Source: Candidatus Omnitrophota bacterium (lineage in GTDB: Bacteria > Omnitrophota > Gorgyraeia > Gorgyraeales > Gorgyraeaceae). Taken from it: DNA of 51,437 nt. A program made the position numbers and the translations under genes. The DNA lies in contig JAHIYJ010000021.1 of the NCBI GenBank assembly GCA_018814825.1, positions 1-51,437 of the forward strand, read 5' to 3'. The notes below the pieces were generated by a model. That model did no database searches and was not told the origin of the DNA. It saw only the letters and a list, made by a program, of their open reading frames with translations. Below are positions 17,492-27,087 of the stretch, piece by piece (position 1 is the first letter of the stretch; each line of letters begins with the position of its first letter).

Positions 17492-18838
17492 ATGTTCTCA
17501 AAAATATTGATAGCGAATCGCGGGGAAGTGGCCGTAAGGATAATACGCGCCTGCAAGGAAATGGGCATAAAGACAGTGGCCACGTATTCCGAGGCCGACA
17601 CTGAGTCCCTCCACGCCAGGATGGCGGACGAGGCAGTTTGTATTGGCCCGCCATCCCCGTCCGAGAGTTACCTGAATATACCCGCCATAATAAGCGCCGC
17701 GGAAATAACCGACGTTGACGCCATCCATCCCGGATACGGTTTTCTGGCGGAAAACGCGCATTTCGCCGAGATCTGCGAATCGTGCGATATCACATTTATC
17801 GGACCCACGCCCGAAAACATGAGGCTTCTCGGGGACAAGATGACCGCGCGTCAGACCATGCAAAAAATAGGCATCCCCGTTATACCCGGCAGCCCCGAGA
17901 TAATAAAGACAAAAGAAGAGGCTATAAAAATAGCGAAGAGACTAAAGTACCCCGTTATCATAAAGGCGTCGGCCGGCGGCGGAGGCAAAGGCATGAGGGT
18001 GTGCCACAACGACGTGAGACTGATCAGTTCTTTTATAACGGCCCAGCAGGAGGCGGAGGCGGCTTTCGGGAATCCCGACGTATATCTTGAAAAATACATA
18101 GAACAGCCCAGGCACATAGAGATACAGGTCCTGGCCGATAAATACGGGCATATAATACATCTGGGAGAAAGGGACTGCACGATCCAGAGGCGGCATCAGA
18201 AGCTGATAGAGGAATCGCCTTCTCCGGCCATAAACTCAAAGCTGAGGAAAAAAATAGGCGACATGGCCGTCAAGGCTGTGAGGGCCTGTAATTATGTAAA
18301 CGCCGGAACAGTGGAATTTTTGATGGACAGGTACGAAAACTTCTATTTCCTGGAGGTCAATACCAGGATACAGGTAGAACACCCTGTCACTGAGATGGTA
18401 ACCGGCGTGGACCTGGTCAAGGAACAGATAAAGATAGCGGCCGGTCTAAAGCTTTCTTATAAACAGGATTCCATAAAGTTAAACGGCTCGGCCATTGAAT
18501 GCAGGATAAACGCCGAAAACCCCGATAATAATTTCATGCCTTCGCCCGGCAAGATAGACATTTTCCTGCCGCCCGGCGGGCCTGGCGTCAGGGTGGATTC
18601 GCACGTCTACTCAGGGTACACTATTTCCCCGTATTATGACTCCCTGATAGCAAAGATCATATGCTACGGCAAAAACAGGCAGGAGACCATAAGAACAATG
18701 CGAAGGGCCCTGGACGAAATTATGATTTCCCCCATAAAGACCACTATACCTTTCCACAGGCATGTCATGGGGGATTCCCTGTTCCTTAGAGGAGATTTTA
18801 CCACAGATTACGTAGAAAAGATGAGCGCGAGCGACTAA
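17492..18838 (+). CDS. accC: Acetyl-CoA carboxylase biotin carboxylase subunit
   Basis: [50 protein letters not shown]. Confidence 0.98.
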   Translation: MFSKILIANRGEVAVRIIRACKEMGIKTVATYSEADTESLHARMADEAVCIGPPSPSESYLNIPAIISAAEITDVDAIHPGYGFLAENAHFAEICESCDITFIGPTPENMRLLGDKMTARQTMQKIGIPVIPGSPEIIKTKEEAIKIAKRLKYPVIIKASAGGGGKGMRVCHNDVRLISSFITAQQEAEAAFGNPDVYLEKYIEQPRHIEIQVLADKYGHIIHLGERDCTIQRRHQKLIEESPSPAINSKLRKKIGDMAVKAVRACNYVNAGTVEFLMDRYENFYFLEVNTRIQVEHPVTEMVTGVDLVKEQIKIAAGLKLSYKQDSIKLNGSAIECRINAENPDNNFMPSPGKIDIFLPPGGPGVRVDSHVYSGYTISPYYDSLIAKIICYGKNRQETIRTMRRALDEIMISPIKTTIPFHRHVMGDSLFLRGDFTTDYVEKMSASD

Positions 18839-18857
18839 CCCGCGCAGGAGGTGAGAT

Positions 18858-19454
18858 ATGAAGATTTTTAGCGTTGTCGCCATTTTTATATATACACTGT
18901 TGTTCTCTATAGTCGGCGCCATATTGATAGCTCTGTCCTTGCGCACCGAGTCCCTGGATGTCATCGTGAAAATGGTCAGCTCGCTGTCCCACGCGGACAA
19001 TGTGAGGCTCGGGATGGCGCTGACAGGCCTTATCCTTATTTTTGTCAACATATCGATCGCCCGTATATCGCTGGGCAAGATGCACAGGCTTAAGACTATC
19101 GCGTTTGACAACCCATACGGCAGGGTCACTGTATCGCTCGCCGCGATAGAGGATTACATAAAGAAACTCACAAATAAGATGCCCGAGATAAAAGAGCTCA
19201 AGTCCAGCCTCTCTGCCAGTAAAAAAGGAGTGGAGGTATCCACTAGGGCGATACTGTATTCAGGGTACAATATACCCGAAATAACCGAGAAGATACAGAA
19301 CGCTATAAGGATAAAGCTGCAGGAGATGCTCGGGTTGGAAGAAAAAGTGACTATCAAAGTGGACGTGACAAAGATAGCTCACCTGGACCCTAAAAGCCCT
19401 GTAACGGCGCCGGCGGACACTGGTTTCAAAGGCGAAATAGAGTACGGTAAATAG
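18858..19454 (+). CDS. AmaP-like membrane anchor with Asp23/Gls24-like C-terminal domain
   Basis: Two N-terminal TM segments, then G.V.VS..AIED and NIPEITEKIQ..I...L.EMLG; lies after accC. Confidence 0.7.
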   Translation: MKIFSVVAIFIYTLLFSIVGAILIALSLRTESLDVIVKMVSSLSHADNVRLGMALTGLILIFVNISIARISLGKMHRLKTIAFDNPYGRVTVSLAAIEDYIKKLTNKMPEIKELKSSLSASKKGVEVSTRAILYSGYNIPEITEKIQNAIRIKLQEMLGLEEKVTIKVDVTKIAHLDPKSPVTAPADTGFKGEIEYGK

Positions 19455-19477
19455 ATAAAGACATAACCTAATTATAT

Positions 19478-19514
19478 CAAACCCGCATTGCAATTTAATT
19501 GCAATGCGGGTTTG
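19478..19514. repeat. 37-bp palindrome upstream of pfk
   Basis: CAAACCCGCATTGCAATT-T-AATTGCAATGCGGGTTTG. Confidence 0.92.
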
Positions 19515-19550
19515 GATGGAGTGTAATTTAATTTTTTCAAGGAGGAAATA

Positions 19551-20579
19551 ATGAAAAAAGTGGGAGTGCTGACGGGAGGAGGGGATTGCCCTGGCTTAAA
19601 CCCCGTTATAAGAGGGGTGGTCAGGTGTGCTATTAAAGAAGGTTACCAGGTGATAGGGATAAAAAATGGATGGAAAGGCATGGTCGATTGCGACACAGTG
19701 AATCTGGATCTGGCGACAGTTTCAGGTATCCTGTCCAAGGGCGGCACCATAATCGGCACTTCCAGGACCAACCCTTACAAGAAAGAAGGGTCTGTCCAGA
19801 AGGTAAAGGATAATTTCAAAAAATTAGGCCTGGAGGCTCTTATAGCCATAGGCGGGGAGGACACCCTGGGCGTGGCCGCAAAGCTCTGCGACGAGGGGCT
19901 CAATGTTGTAGGCGCCCCAAAGACCATTGATAATGATCTCTCGTGCACTGACGTGACATTCGGCTTTGATACCGCGATCAATATTGCCACCGAGGCCATT
20001 GACAGGCTGCACACAACAGCTGAATCACACAACAGAATAATGGTGGTCGAGGTGATGGGAAGGCATGCCGGCTGGATAGCGCTTGAGGCAGGGATAGCCG
20101 GAGGGGCGGACGTGATCCTGATACCGGAACTGCCCATAGACCTCATAGAAGTATGCGACCTTATTAAAAAACGCCACGAGAGGGGCAAGAGCTTCAGTAT
20201 AGTGGTGGTCGCCGAAGGCGCCAAGTTCAAGGAAGGTACCATGGTCATACAGGAAGAGAAACTCGACCAGTTCGGCCATGTCAGGCTTGGCGGCATAGGC
20301 CACATACTCGGGGACGAGATAGAGAAAAACACCGGCTATGAGACAAGGGTTACGGTGCTGGGCCACATACAGAGAGGCGGGACTCCTACGGCCTTTGACA
20401 GAGTGTTAGGCACGAGATTCGGCGTAAAGGCCATGGAGCTGGTGCTTAAAAAAGATTACGGCAAGATGACAGCGCTGGAGGGGCTCAAGATAAAGGCCGT
20501 GCCGATCAAGGCAGCCATCTCTAAATTAAAGACAGTTGACATGGAACTCTACGAGATAGCCAAGATATTCTTTGGATAA
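19551..20579 (+). CDS. pfkA: 6-phosphofructokinase, probably PPi-dependent or mixed-substrate type
   Basis: TGGGDCPGLN, GGEDT, PKTIDND, EVMGR, LGHIQRGG. Confidence 0.93.
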   Translation: MKKVGVLTGGGDCPGLNPVIRGVVRCAIKEGYQVIGIKNGWKGMVDCDTVNLDLATVSGILSKGGTIIGTSRTNPYKKEGSVQKVKDNFKKLGLEALIAIGGEDTLGVAAKLCDEGLNVVGAPKTIDNDLSCTDVTFGFDTAINIATEAIDRLHTTAESHNRIMVVEVMGRHAGWIALEAGIAGGADVILIPELPIDLIEVCDLIKKRHERGKSFSIVVVAEGAKFKEGTMVIQEEKLDQFGHVRLGGIGHILGDEIEKNTGYETRVTVLGHIQRGGTPTAFDRVLGTRFGVKAMELVLKKDYGKMTALEGLKIKAVPIKAAISKLKTVDMELYEIAKIFFG

Positions 20580-20596
20580 TTAAATATAGTTTTTAT

Positions 20597-20633
20597 CAAA
20601 CCCGCATTGCAATTAAATTGCAATGCGGGTTTG
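20597..20633. repeat. 37-bp palindrome downstream of pfk (second copy)
   Basis: CAAACCCGCATTGCAATT-A-AATTGCAATGCGGGTTTG; identical arms and the same flanks. Confidence 0.92.
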
Positions 20634-20646
20634 GAGTGTAATTCTT

Positions 20647-21210
20647 ATGAAAAATAAAATAGAAGCATCTATAAAGGAAGACATACAGGTAAAAGAGGAA
20701 CTCCTCAAGAACCAGGCCTCGAACATATATAAGCTGGCCAGGATGATGCTTGAGACCGTGAAAAAAGGGAACAAGATACTTATTTTCGGAAATGGCGGCT
20801 CGGCGGCCGATAGCCTGCATATCGCCGCGGAACTTGTCGGAAGGTTCAAGAAAGAAAGACGCTCTCTCCCGGCCATCGCCCTCTCTTCCAATGTAGCCAT
20901 CCTCACGGCCCTGGCAAATGACTATAGCTTCGAGCGCATCTTCGAGAGGCAGGTCGAGGCGCTGGGCGAAAAAGGGGACATGGCCCTGGGGATATCCACA
21001 AGCGGAAAATCCGAAAACGTGTTCCGAGGAATACTAAAGGCGTCAAAGATAAAAATGAAAACCGCTGTGCTGACAGGTAAATACAAGGGAAGGCTATCCC
21101 GGATAGCTGACCTATCCGTCTGTGTACCTTCAGACAATACGCCGCGCGTGCAGGAATCTCACATTACAATAGGCCATATCGTGTGCGAGTTAATAGAAAA
21201 TGGGTTATAA
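20647..21210 (+). CDS. gmhA: D-sedoheptulose-7-phosphate isomerase
   Basis: [38 protein letters not shown]; likely start ATG 20647. Confidence 0.96.
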   Translation: MKNKIEASIKEDIQVKEELLKNQASNIYKLARMMLETVKKGNKILIFGNGGSAADSLHIAAELVGRFKKERRSLPAIALSSNVAILTALANDYSFERIFERQVEALGEKGDMALGISTSGKSENVFRGILKASKIKMKTAVLTGKYKGRLSRIADLSVCVPSDNTPRVQESHITIGHIVCELIENGL

Positions 21211-21691
21211 CAAGATAAAGACCCTGACGGGGCTTAAGAGGGATTTAAAGGCTCTTAGGGCGAGAAAAAAGAAGATTGTCTTTACTAACGGGTGTTTTGA
21301 TATCCTTCATCCTGGTCACGTGGACTACCTCGCTAAGGCAAAGTCGCTGGGAGATGTGCTTGTCGTAGGGCTGAACAGCGACTCTTCTGTCAGGAGATTA
21401 AAAGGTAATGCCCGGCCGATCATGTCTCAGGACAGCAGGGCGAAGGTATTGTCCGGCCTTGAAAGTGTGGATTTTATCGTCATATTCTCAGAACCAATTC
21501 CCATAAAGTTGATCAAGGCCGTAAGCCCGGACGTCCTCGTCAAGGGCGGGGATTGGGCTGTAAAAGATATAGTGGGTGCTGATTTTGTCCAGCGCGAGGG
21601 CGGAAAGGTAAAGAGCCTGCCGTACCTGAACGGCCATTCAACAAAGGCCGTTATAAAAAAAATCCTCTTGAATTGTCAGGCTGGGCGATAG
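21200..21691 (+). CDS. rfaE2: D-glycero-beta-D-manno-heptose-1-phosphate adenylyltransferase (RfaE domain II/HldC)
   Basis: [37 protein letters not shown]. Confidence 0.95.
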   Translation: MGYNKIKTLTGLKRDLKALRARKKKIVFTNGCFDILHPGHVDYLAKAKSLGDVLVVGLNSDSSVRRLKGNARPIMSQDSRAKVLSGLESVDFIVIFSEPIPIKLIKAVSPDVLVKGGDWAVKDIVGADFVQREGGKVKSLPYLNGHSTKAVIKKILLNCQAGR

Positions 21692-21692
21692 C

Positions 21693-22112
21693 ATGAAAAA
21701 GATACTTCGAATTATAGACGCGAACTTAAACAGGGCCAGGGAAGGGCTCAGGGTCTGCGAGGACATATCCAGGTTTACCATGCCAAAAAAATCTCTCGCG
21801 GGATTATTAAAAAATGCCAGGCACTCCGCGACCAGGGCTGTTTTAAGCTCCAAAAACCTCGCTTTGAAAAAACTTGTCAGCTCAAGAGATGTAAAAAAAG
21901 ACCTCATGAAATTCAGTGACCTGAAAAGATCAAAAGGCAACGGCCTGTCCGGCGTATTCATGGCCAACATAGAACGCGCGAAAGAATCCTTAAGGGTCCT
22001 TGAGGAATGCACTAAGGTAATTGATGAAGCCGCAAGCCGCAGATACAGAAATATAAGATTTAAAGTATACGAAATCGAAAAAAAATACAATGACTCAGCT
22101 AGAATACGCTAA
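21693..22112 (+). CDS. ThiD2-like protein (N-terminal domain of extended ThiE)
   Basis: RIIDANLNRAREGLRVCED..RF, AN..RAKESLRVLEE..K, RFKVYEIEK; overlaps thiC. Confidence 0.8.
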   Translation: MKKILRIIDANLNRAREGLRVCEDISRFTMPKKSLAGLLKNARHSATRAVLSSKNLALKKLVSSRDVKKDLMKFSDLKRSKGNGLSGVFMANIERAKESLRVLEECTKVIDEAASRRYRNIRFKVYEIEKKYNDSARIR

Positions 22113-23367
22113 ACTGAATAAGACGTCTCCCGAGATGCGCTATGTCTCAAAGAAGGAAGGCGTCCCGCCCGAGGTTTTAAGGAAACGCGTCAAGAACGGC
22201 AGCGTGGTTATCCTGAAAAACTCCAGGCGAAAGATACGGCCATGCGCTGTCGGAGAAGGCCTTGCCACCAAGGTAAACGCTAATCTCGGCACGTCCATGG
22301 ACAGGGTAAATGTTAATCTCGAACTAAAAAAACTGCGAACCGCCATACAGTACGGCGCGGACACGGTCATGGATCTCAGCACGGGCGGTGACATAAGAAA
22401 GATCCGCAGGGCTATATTGAGAAACTCGACAGTCCCTGTGGGCACTGTCCCTGTGTATCAGGCGGTGATAGAGGCCTGCTCCAGAAAAGGTAAGATATCC
22501 CTGATGACAAAAGAGGATATCCTGTCCGTATTGGAGGAACAGGCCCAGGACGGCGTTGATTTTTTCACTGTCCACTGCGGCGTGACTCAGGATGTACTGA
22601 GCCGCCTGAAAAAAAAGAAAAGGCTCATAGAAATGGTCTCGAGAGGCGGCGTCTTTCTCGCGGAATGGATGATATTAAACAAAAAAGAGAACCCTTTTTA
22701 TGAGTATTTTGATGATGTTGTAAAAATAGCGAAAAAATACGACATAGTCCTGAGCCTCGGGGACGGTATGAGGCCGGGCGCGCTTGTGGACGCGACAGAC
22801 AGACCTCAGATCCAGGAGCTGATTATCCTCGGGGAGCTGGCGGCAAAGGCTAGGAAAAATGACGCGCAGGTTATTATCGAGGGCCCCGGACATGTCCCCA
22901 TTGACCAGATAGAGTCAAACGTAATGATACAGAAAAAAATATGCGACAATGCGCCCTTTTATGTCCTGGGCCCCCTGGTTACGGATATCGCCCCGGGATA
23001 CGACCATATAGTAGGAGCCATAGGAGGGGCGATGGCTGGAGCTTACGGGGCTGACTTCCTGTGTTACGTAACCCCTTCCGAACATCTCAGGATACCGGAC
23101 GAAAACGATGTGAAAGACGGAGTCATTGCGTCGAGGATAGCGGCGCACGCGGCCGATATAGCAAAGCGTGTGCCCGGCGCGCTGGAGAAGGATAGAAGGA
23201 TGTCTTTTTATCGCGCGCGGCGCGACTGGAAATCTCAGATAAAAGAATCCATAGACCCCGTAAAAGCCGCCAGATACAGGAAATCAGCCATGCCGAAGAA
23301 AAGCGACGTCTGCACCATGTGCAGTGATTACTGCTCCATGAAAATAATAAAGAGGTACTTTAGATGA
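22090..23367 (+). CDS. thiC: Phosphomethylpyrimidine synthase ThiC (short form)
   Basis: KVNANLGTS, DTVMDLSTG, SRGG, SLGDGMRPG, EGPGHVP, YVTPSEHL, CTMCSDYC. Confidence 0.9.
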   Translation: MTQLEYAKLNKTSPEMRYVSKKEGVPPEVLRKRVKNGSVVILKNSRRKIRPCAVGEGLATKVNANLGTSMDRVNVNLELKKLRTAIQYGADTVMDLSTGGDIRKIRRAILRNSTVPVGTVPVYQAVIEACSRKGKISLMTKEDILSVLEEQAQDGVDFFTVHCGVTQDVLSRLKKKKRLIEMVSRGGVFLAEWMILNKKENPFYEYFDDVVKIAKKYDIVLSLGDGMRPGALVDATDRPQIQELIILGELAAKARKNDAQVIIEGPGHVPIDQIESNVMIQKKICDNAPFYVLGPLVTDIAPGYDHIVGAIGGAMAGAYGADFLCYVTPSEHLRIPDENDVKDGVIASRIAAHAADIAKRVPGALEKDRRMSFYRARRDWKSQIKESIDPVKAARYRKSAMPKKSDVCTMCSDYCSMKIIKRYFR

Positions 23368-24269
23368 AAAAGATACTTGTGATAGGTTCCGTGGCGCTTG
23401 ATACCATAACTACCCCGATGGGCAGTTCCAGGGAAGTGCTCGGGGGCTCGGCTACCTATTTTTCCATAAGCGCGAGTTTTTTCGCGCGGGTTAACCTGGT
23501 GGCCACCGTGGGCATGGATTTCCCGGACAGGCACCGCTCGCTGATAAAATCTTTCGGCGTGGACACTAAGGGGCTGGAAACGAAAAAAGGCAAGACCTTC
23601 AGGTGGAAAGGCTCTTACGTGGAGGACCTGAACTGCGCGAAGACCATAGAGACGCAGCTGAACGTATTCGCCGACTTCAGGCCGAAGATACCCGGGGTTT
23701 ACAAAAACAGCGAGTTTATTTTCCTGGCCAATATAGACCCGGACCTCCAACTTTTCATACTAAAGCAGTTTAAGGGCAAGAGGTTTATCGGCTGCGATTC
23801 CATGAACTACTGGATCCAGAACAAGGGACCCGCGCTTAAAAGGCTCATGAAAAAGGTCTCTTTCGTGTTCTTAAACGACGCGGAGGCGAGGCTGTTTTCG
23901 GGAGAGTCAAACATAATGAAGGCCGGGAAATACCTGCTCTCGCTGGGTCCGCGCTTAGCTATCATAAAGAGAGGGGAATACGGCGCCATACTCTTTGCTA
24001 AAGACAGGCTGCTTCTTTTGACGCCAGCGTACCTGCTGGAGACTGTCTGTGACCCGACAGGCGCCGGCGACACGTTCGCCGGAGGGTTTATGGGGTATCT
24101 GGCCAGGTCTGGCAGAATAAATGACGAGACCGTGCGTAGCGCATTGCTCCACGGTTCCGTGATGGCGTCTTTTACGGTCGAGGATTTCAGCGTAAACAGG
24201 TTTCTTAAGCTGAAAAAGAAAGATATAGAAAAGAGGTATAATAATTTCAGGAAATTGACAATGGCGTAA
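23364..24269 (+). CDS. PfkB family carbohydrate/nucleoside kinase
   Basis: GSVALD, LGGSATY, DPTGAGDTFAGG. Confidence 0.92.
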   Translation: MKKILVIGSVALDTITTPMGSSREVLGGSATYFSISASFFARVNLVATVGMDFPDRHRSLIKSFGVDTKGLETKKGKTFRWKGSYVEDLNCAKTIETQLNVFADFRPKIPGVYKNSEFIFLANIDPDLQLFILKQFKGKRFIGCDSMNYWIQNKGPALKRLMKKVSFVFLNDAEARLFSGESNIMKAGKYLLSLGPRLAIIKRGEYGAILFAKDRLLLLTPAYLLETVCDPTGAGDTFAGGFMGYLARSGRINDETVRSALLHGSVMASFTVEDFSVNRFLKLKKKDIEKRYNNFRKLTMA

Positions 24270-24342
24270 GACCCCTCGCAGCATATACTGAAACACAAAG
24301 GCTGCTCGGGGCTGGGCGCGCAATCAAAAAGACGAGTTGGCC

Positions 24343-24416
24343 GCGGGTGTAGTTCAATGGTAGAACTCGAGCTTCCCAAGTTCGCAGCGTGGGTTCGATT
24401 CCCATCACCCGCTCCA
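24343..24416 (+). tRNA. tRNA-Gly (anticodon CCC)
   Basis: GCGGGTG/CACCCGC acceptor stem, anticodon loop TTCCCAA, GGTTCGATTCC T-arm, encoded CCA; 74 nt. Confidence 0.97.
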
Positions 24417-24594
24417 AAATACTGTTGGGAAGAGGACCCAAAAAAGGGGTTTTAGGGGAAAAGAGTGTTTTCCCCTATCGGCGCACTACACTTCTTTGCG
24501 GAAGGAAGAAAAACATTAAAAAGAAACCATCAAGGGTTTCTTTTTAAGGAGTGAGCGGAGCGAACGACGGGTTCGATTCCCATCACCCGCTCCA
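24391..24594 (+). mobile_element. tRNA-linked mini-element: 152 bp between 26-bp direct repeats of the tRNA 3' end
   Basis: GGGTTCGATTCCCATCACCCGCTCCA at 24391-24416 and 24569-24594; three internal hairpins; no ORF. Confidence 0.75.
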
Positions 24595-24645
24595 TGGTTC
24601 GACGCGGCCGTCAAAGACATACTAATATCATTAGGGTATAAAGAG

Positions 24646-24948
24646 ATGGATATAAAGAGATTCGTTAACAAATTTTCCATGAGAAAGCAAAGAAACGTAT
24701 TTCGCGCCGTGGTGAAATGCTCCGAGTGCGGGGAAGAGGTGCGCGTAAGGATAGAGTTCTCATCCGACTTCCAGGCCGAGTATAATCAAACTAATCCCGA
24801 ACATTGTTATACCATAAAAAAAGAGATCATAGGCAAAAACTGCTACAACCTTATGAAGCTCTCCCTGGCGCTTACTAGAGAGGCGAAACTGTTGTTTGCC
24901 GATAAGCAGGGCTGTGAATTTATAACGTTCGAAAGAGAGACCGGCTGA
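24646..24948 (+). CDS. Hypothetical protein with CxxC motif
   Basis: VKCSECGEEVRVRI...KKEIIGKNC; tightly spaced to the next gene. Confidence 0.7.
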   Translation: MDIKRFVNKFSMRKQRNVFRAVVKCSECGEEVRVRIEFSSDFQAEYNQTNPEHCYTIKKEIIGKNCYNLMKLSLALTREAKLLFADKQGCEFITFERETG

Positions 24949-24950
24949 CT

Positions 24951-26570
24951 ATGTCACACAGCAGGACATCCATACTGAATCTGCTCGCGCGCCGAATCAA
25001 CTCCTTTTCAGAGGGCTACAGGCAGAATATAGCCATCCTGGGCGAACCCTGCATAGGGAAGACCTCCCTTATTAAACAGCTACTCGACTCAGGGGACGTA
25101 AAAAAAGAATCCGTCATCCCTGTCTACATAGAGGTCAAGATAGAGCCCTTTGAGTTTTACGCTAAGCGATTCATAAAATCCGCCCTTTTCCAGCTGTTCC
25201 ACTCAGACCCCCTGGCGGCGCAACCCACTGACGCCATGGTCCTGATAGAGGACCTCGCGAGGCAGTATCCAAAGACGGCCGAGGCGTGTCAACGTGTCCT
25301 GCGTGACATAGAAAAAGGCCGTCTTGACGAGGCCTATTCGTATCTATTGGACATACCCGCGGCCATGTGCGAAGAGAGCAAAAAAAGATGCCTCTTGATC
25401 ATGGATGAATTCCATAACCTTGACAACTTCACGCTCAAGCACGCGTTCGGGACACTGGCGAAAAAAATAATGATCCAGAAAGACACGATGTTCCTCCTTA
25501 TCAGCTCCAAAAACACGCTGTCCCAGCGCCTCTTGTCCGAAAAGCTCTCGCTTCTTTTCGGAAATTTCGAGAAGATACTCATACCGCCTTTTGACGCCGA
25601 CATGAGCAGGTCTTTTCTGCAGGATATCTTAAAGGACATACCCCTGCCGCAGGCCTATATAGATTTTATAGCCTCGTTTACCGGCAATAAGCCCTTTTAT
25701 ATGCGCGTGATATGTGACGAGATAGAGAAAGCCGTGTTTTCGGACAAGGTCCGCCGGGATGATTATCCCGGCCTTATAGAGCATGCTGTCACCGCGTCAC
25801 TATTCAGGAAAAACGGGGTACTGAATAACTTGTTCTCGAGTTTCTTCTTTAAGATTTCGGACGGTAAGCTTCTCTCACGCTCAGCCGCGGCCCTTATAGC
25901 GCTCTCATCCGAAAACAAGAAGCAGCATGAGATAGTAAAGTCAGCGCGGCTTCAGGCCCGCGACTGTTCCAGGATATTGAACAGGCTCGTGGAGATGGAT
26001 ATAATCGCGCGGAACGGGTCGCTCTACAGGTTCAGGGAAAAGCTATTCGCCTTCTGGCTCAAATCCGTGTACATAAAAAGGATAATGTCCTTCAGCATAG
26101 ACGAGACTGTCGAGGAAAAGTGTTTCATAAAAGACGTGTCCGGGCATCTTAACGTCTTCATGGCGGAATTCGAGAAAGAGCTTTCGGCGAGGATCACTGA
26201 CCTGTTTAAGCTGTTCAAGAACGACGTAATACAGTTGAATGGGCGGCGGCACAAGTTTATTTCTTTCAACTCTGTCCAGAGGCTCGAAAACGCCTCGCTG
26301 AACGGGACGAGTTTTATGGCGGAAAGCGGCAAGCTCAACTGGCTCTGCACCGTCAAAAAAGAACCTGTCACTGAAAACGACATATCTGACCTTGTGAATG
26401 GCTCCAAAAAGAAAAACGGCAAGACCAGGATAAACAGAAATATCGTAATCGCCCTGGCGGGCATAAACGAGAACGCTTACCTAATGGCCAAAGAGGCCAA
26501 ATTCTGGGTGTGGGACCTGGACAGCCTCAACGTGCTGATGGAGCTGTATGGTAAGCCGCATGTATACTGA
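24951..26570 (+). CDS. Archaeal-type AAA+ ATPase with winged-helix and degenerate nuclease-like C-terminus
   Basis: Walker A GEPCIGKT, Walker B LIMDEF, FTGNKPFY, wHTH-like LNRLVEMDII...YRFREKLFAFWL. Confidence 0.75.
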   Translation: MSHSRTSILNLLARRINSFSEGYRQNIAILGEPCIGKTSLIKQLLDSGDVKKESVIPVYIEVKIEPFEFYAKRFIKSALFQLFHSDPLAAQPTDAMVLIEDLARQYPKTAEACQRVLRDIEKGRLDEAYSYLLDIPAAMCEESKKRCLLIMDEFHNLDNFTLKHAFGTLAKKIMIQKDTMFLLISSKNTLSQRLLSEKLSLLFGNFEKILIPPFDADMSRSFLQDILKDIPLPQAYIDFIASFTGNKPFYMRVICDEIEKAVFSDKVRRDDYPGLIEHAVTASLFRKNGVLNNLFSSFFFKISDGKLLSRSAAALIALSSENKKQHEIVKSARLQARDCSRILNRLVEMDIIARNGSLYRFREKLFAFWLKSVYIKRIMSFSIDETVEEKCFIKDVSGHLNVFMAEFEKELSARITDLFKLFKNDVIQLNGRRHKFISFNSVQRLENASLNGTSFMAESGKLNWLCTVKKEPVTENDISDLVNGSKKKNGKTRINRNIVIALAGINENAYLMAKEAKFWVWDLDSLNVLMELYGKPHVY

Positions 26571-26576
26571 CGCTGT

Positions 26577-27068
26577 ATGAAAATAGGGGTAATATCAGAT
26601 ACGCATATCCCGATTAACTGCTGCGACCTTCCTTCTGAGCTTATCAGTGCTCTTAAGGGCTGTGACCTCATCGTGCACGCCGGAGACCTGATAGACCTCT
26701 TTGTTCTGGAAGAACTTAAAAAGATATCGAAGGTAGAGGCTGTCTGCGGCAATATGGACCTGCCAAGGGCGCAGGCGGCGCTGGAAAAGAAGAAAATCAT
26801 TAAGGTGGCAGGGAAAACAATATGCGTTATGCACGGATACGGAAATCCTGACATGCTCGTATCCATCCTGAAGGAGGAGTTTTTAAGCCAGAAGCCGGAT
26901 ATAATAATCTTCGGCCACTCGCATATGCCTATGAGCGAATACATAGATAACGTCCTTTTCTTTAACCCAGGGAGTGCCACGGACACCACGTTCGCTCCTT
27001 ACAGGTCATACGGCATGATTGAGATAGAAGACGGGGAAATAAAGGCAGCTATACATAAGCTAAGCTAA
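26577..27068 (+). CDS. YfcE-like metallophosphoesterase
   Basis: SDTH, HAGD, GNMD, HG, FGHSH, NPGS. Confidence 0.93.
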   Translation: MKIGVISDTHIPINCCDLPSELISALKGCDLIVHAGDLIDLFVLEELKKISKVEAVCGNMDLPRAQAALEKKKIIKVAGKTICVMHGYGNPDMLVSILKEEFLSQKPDIIIFGHSHMPMSEYIDNVLFFNPGSATDTTFAPYRSYGMIEIEDGEIKAAIHKLS

Positions 27069-27087
27069 CTTTACGGGAAGGTATGTT

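Noticed and set aside
22090-23367. BzaA/B/F (benzimidazole synthesis) instead of ThiC
   Set aside because: Overlap with a ThiD2-like gene and no cobamide genes nearby favour ThiC; a phylogeny would be needed to exclude it fully.
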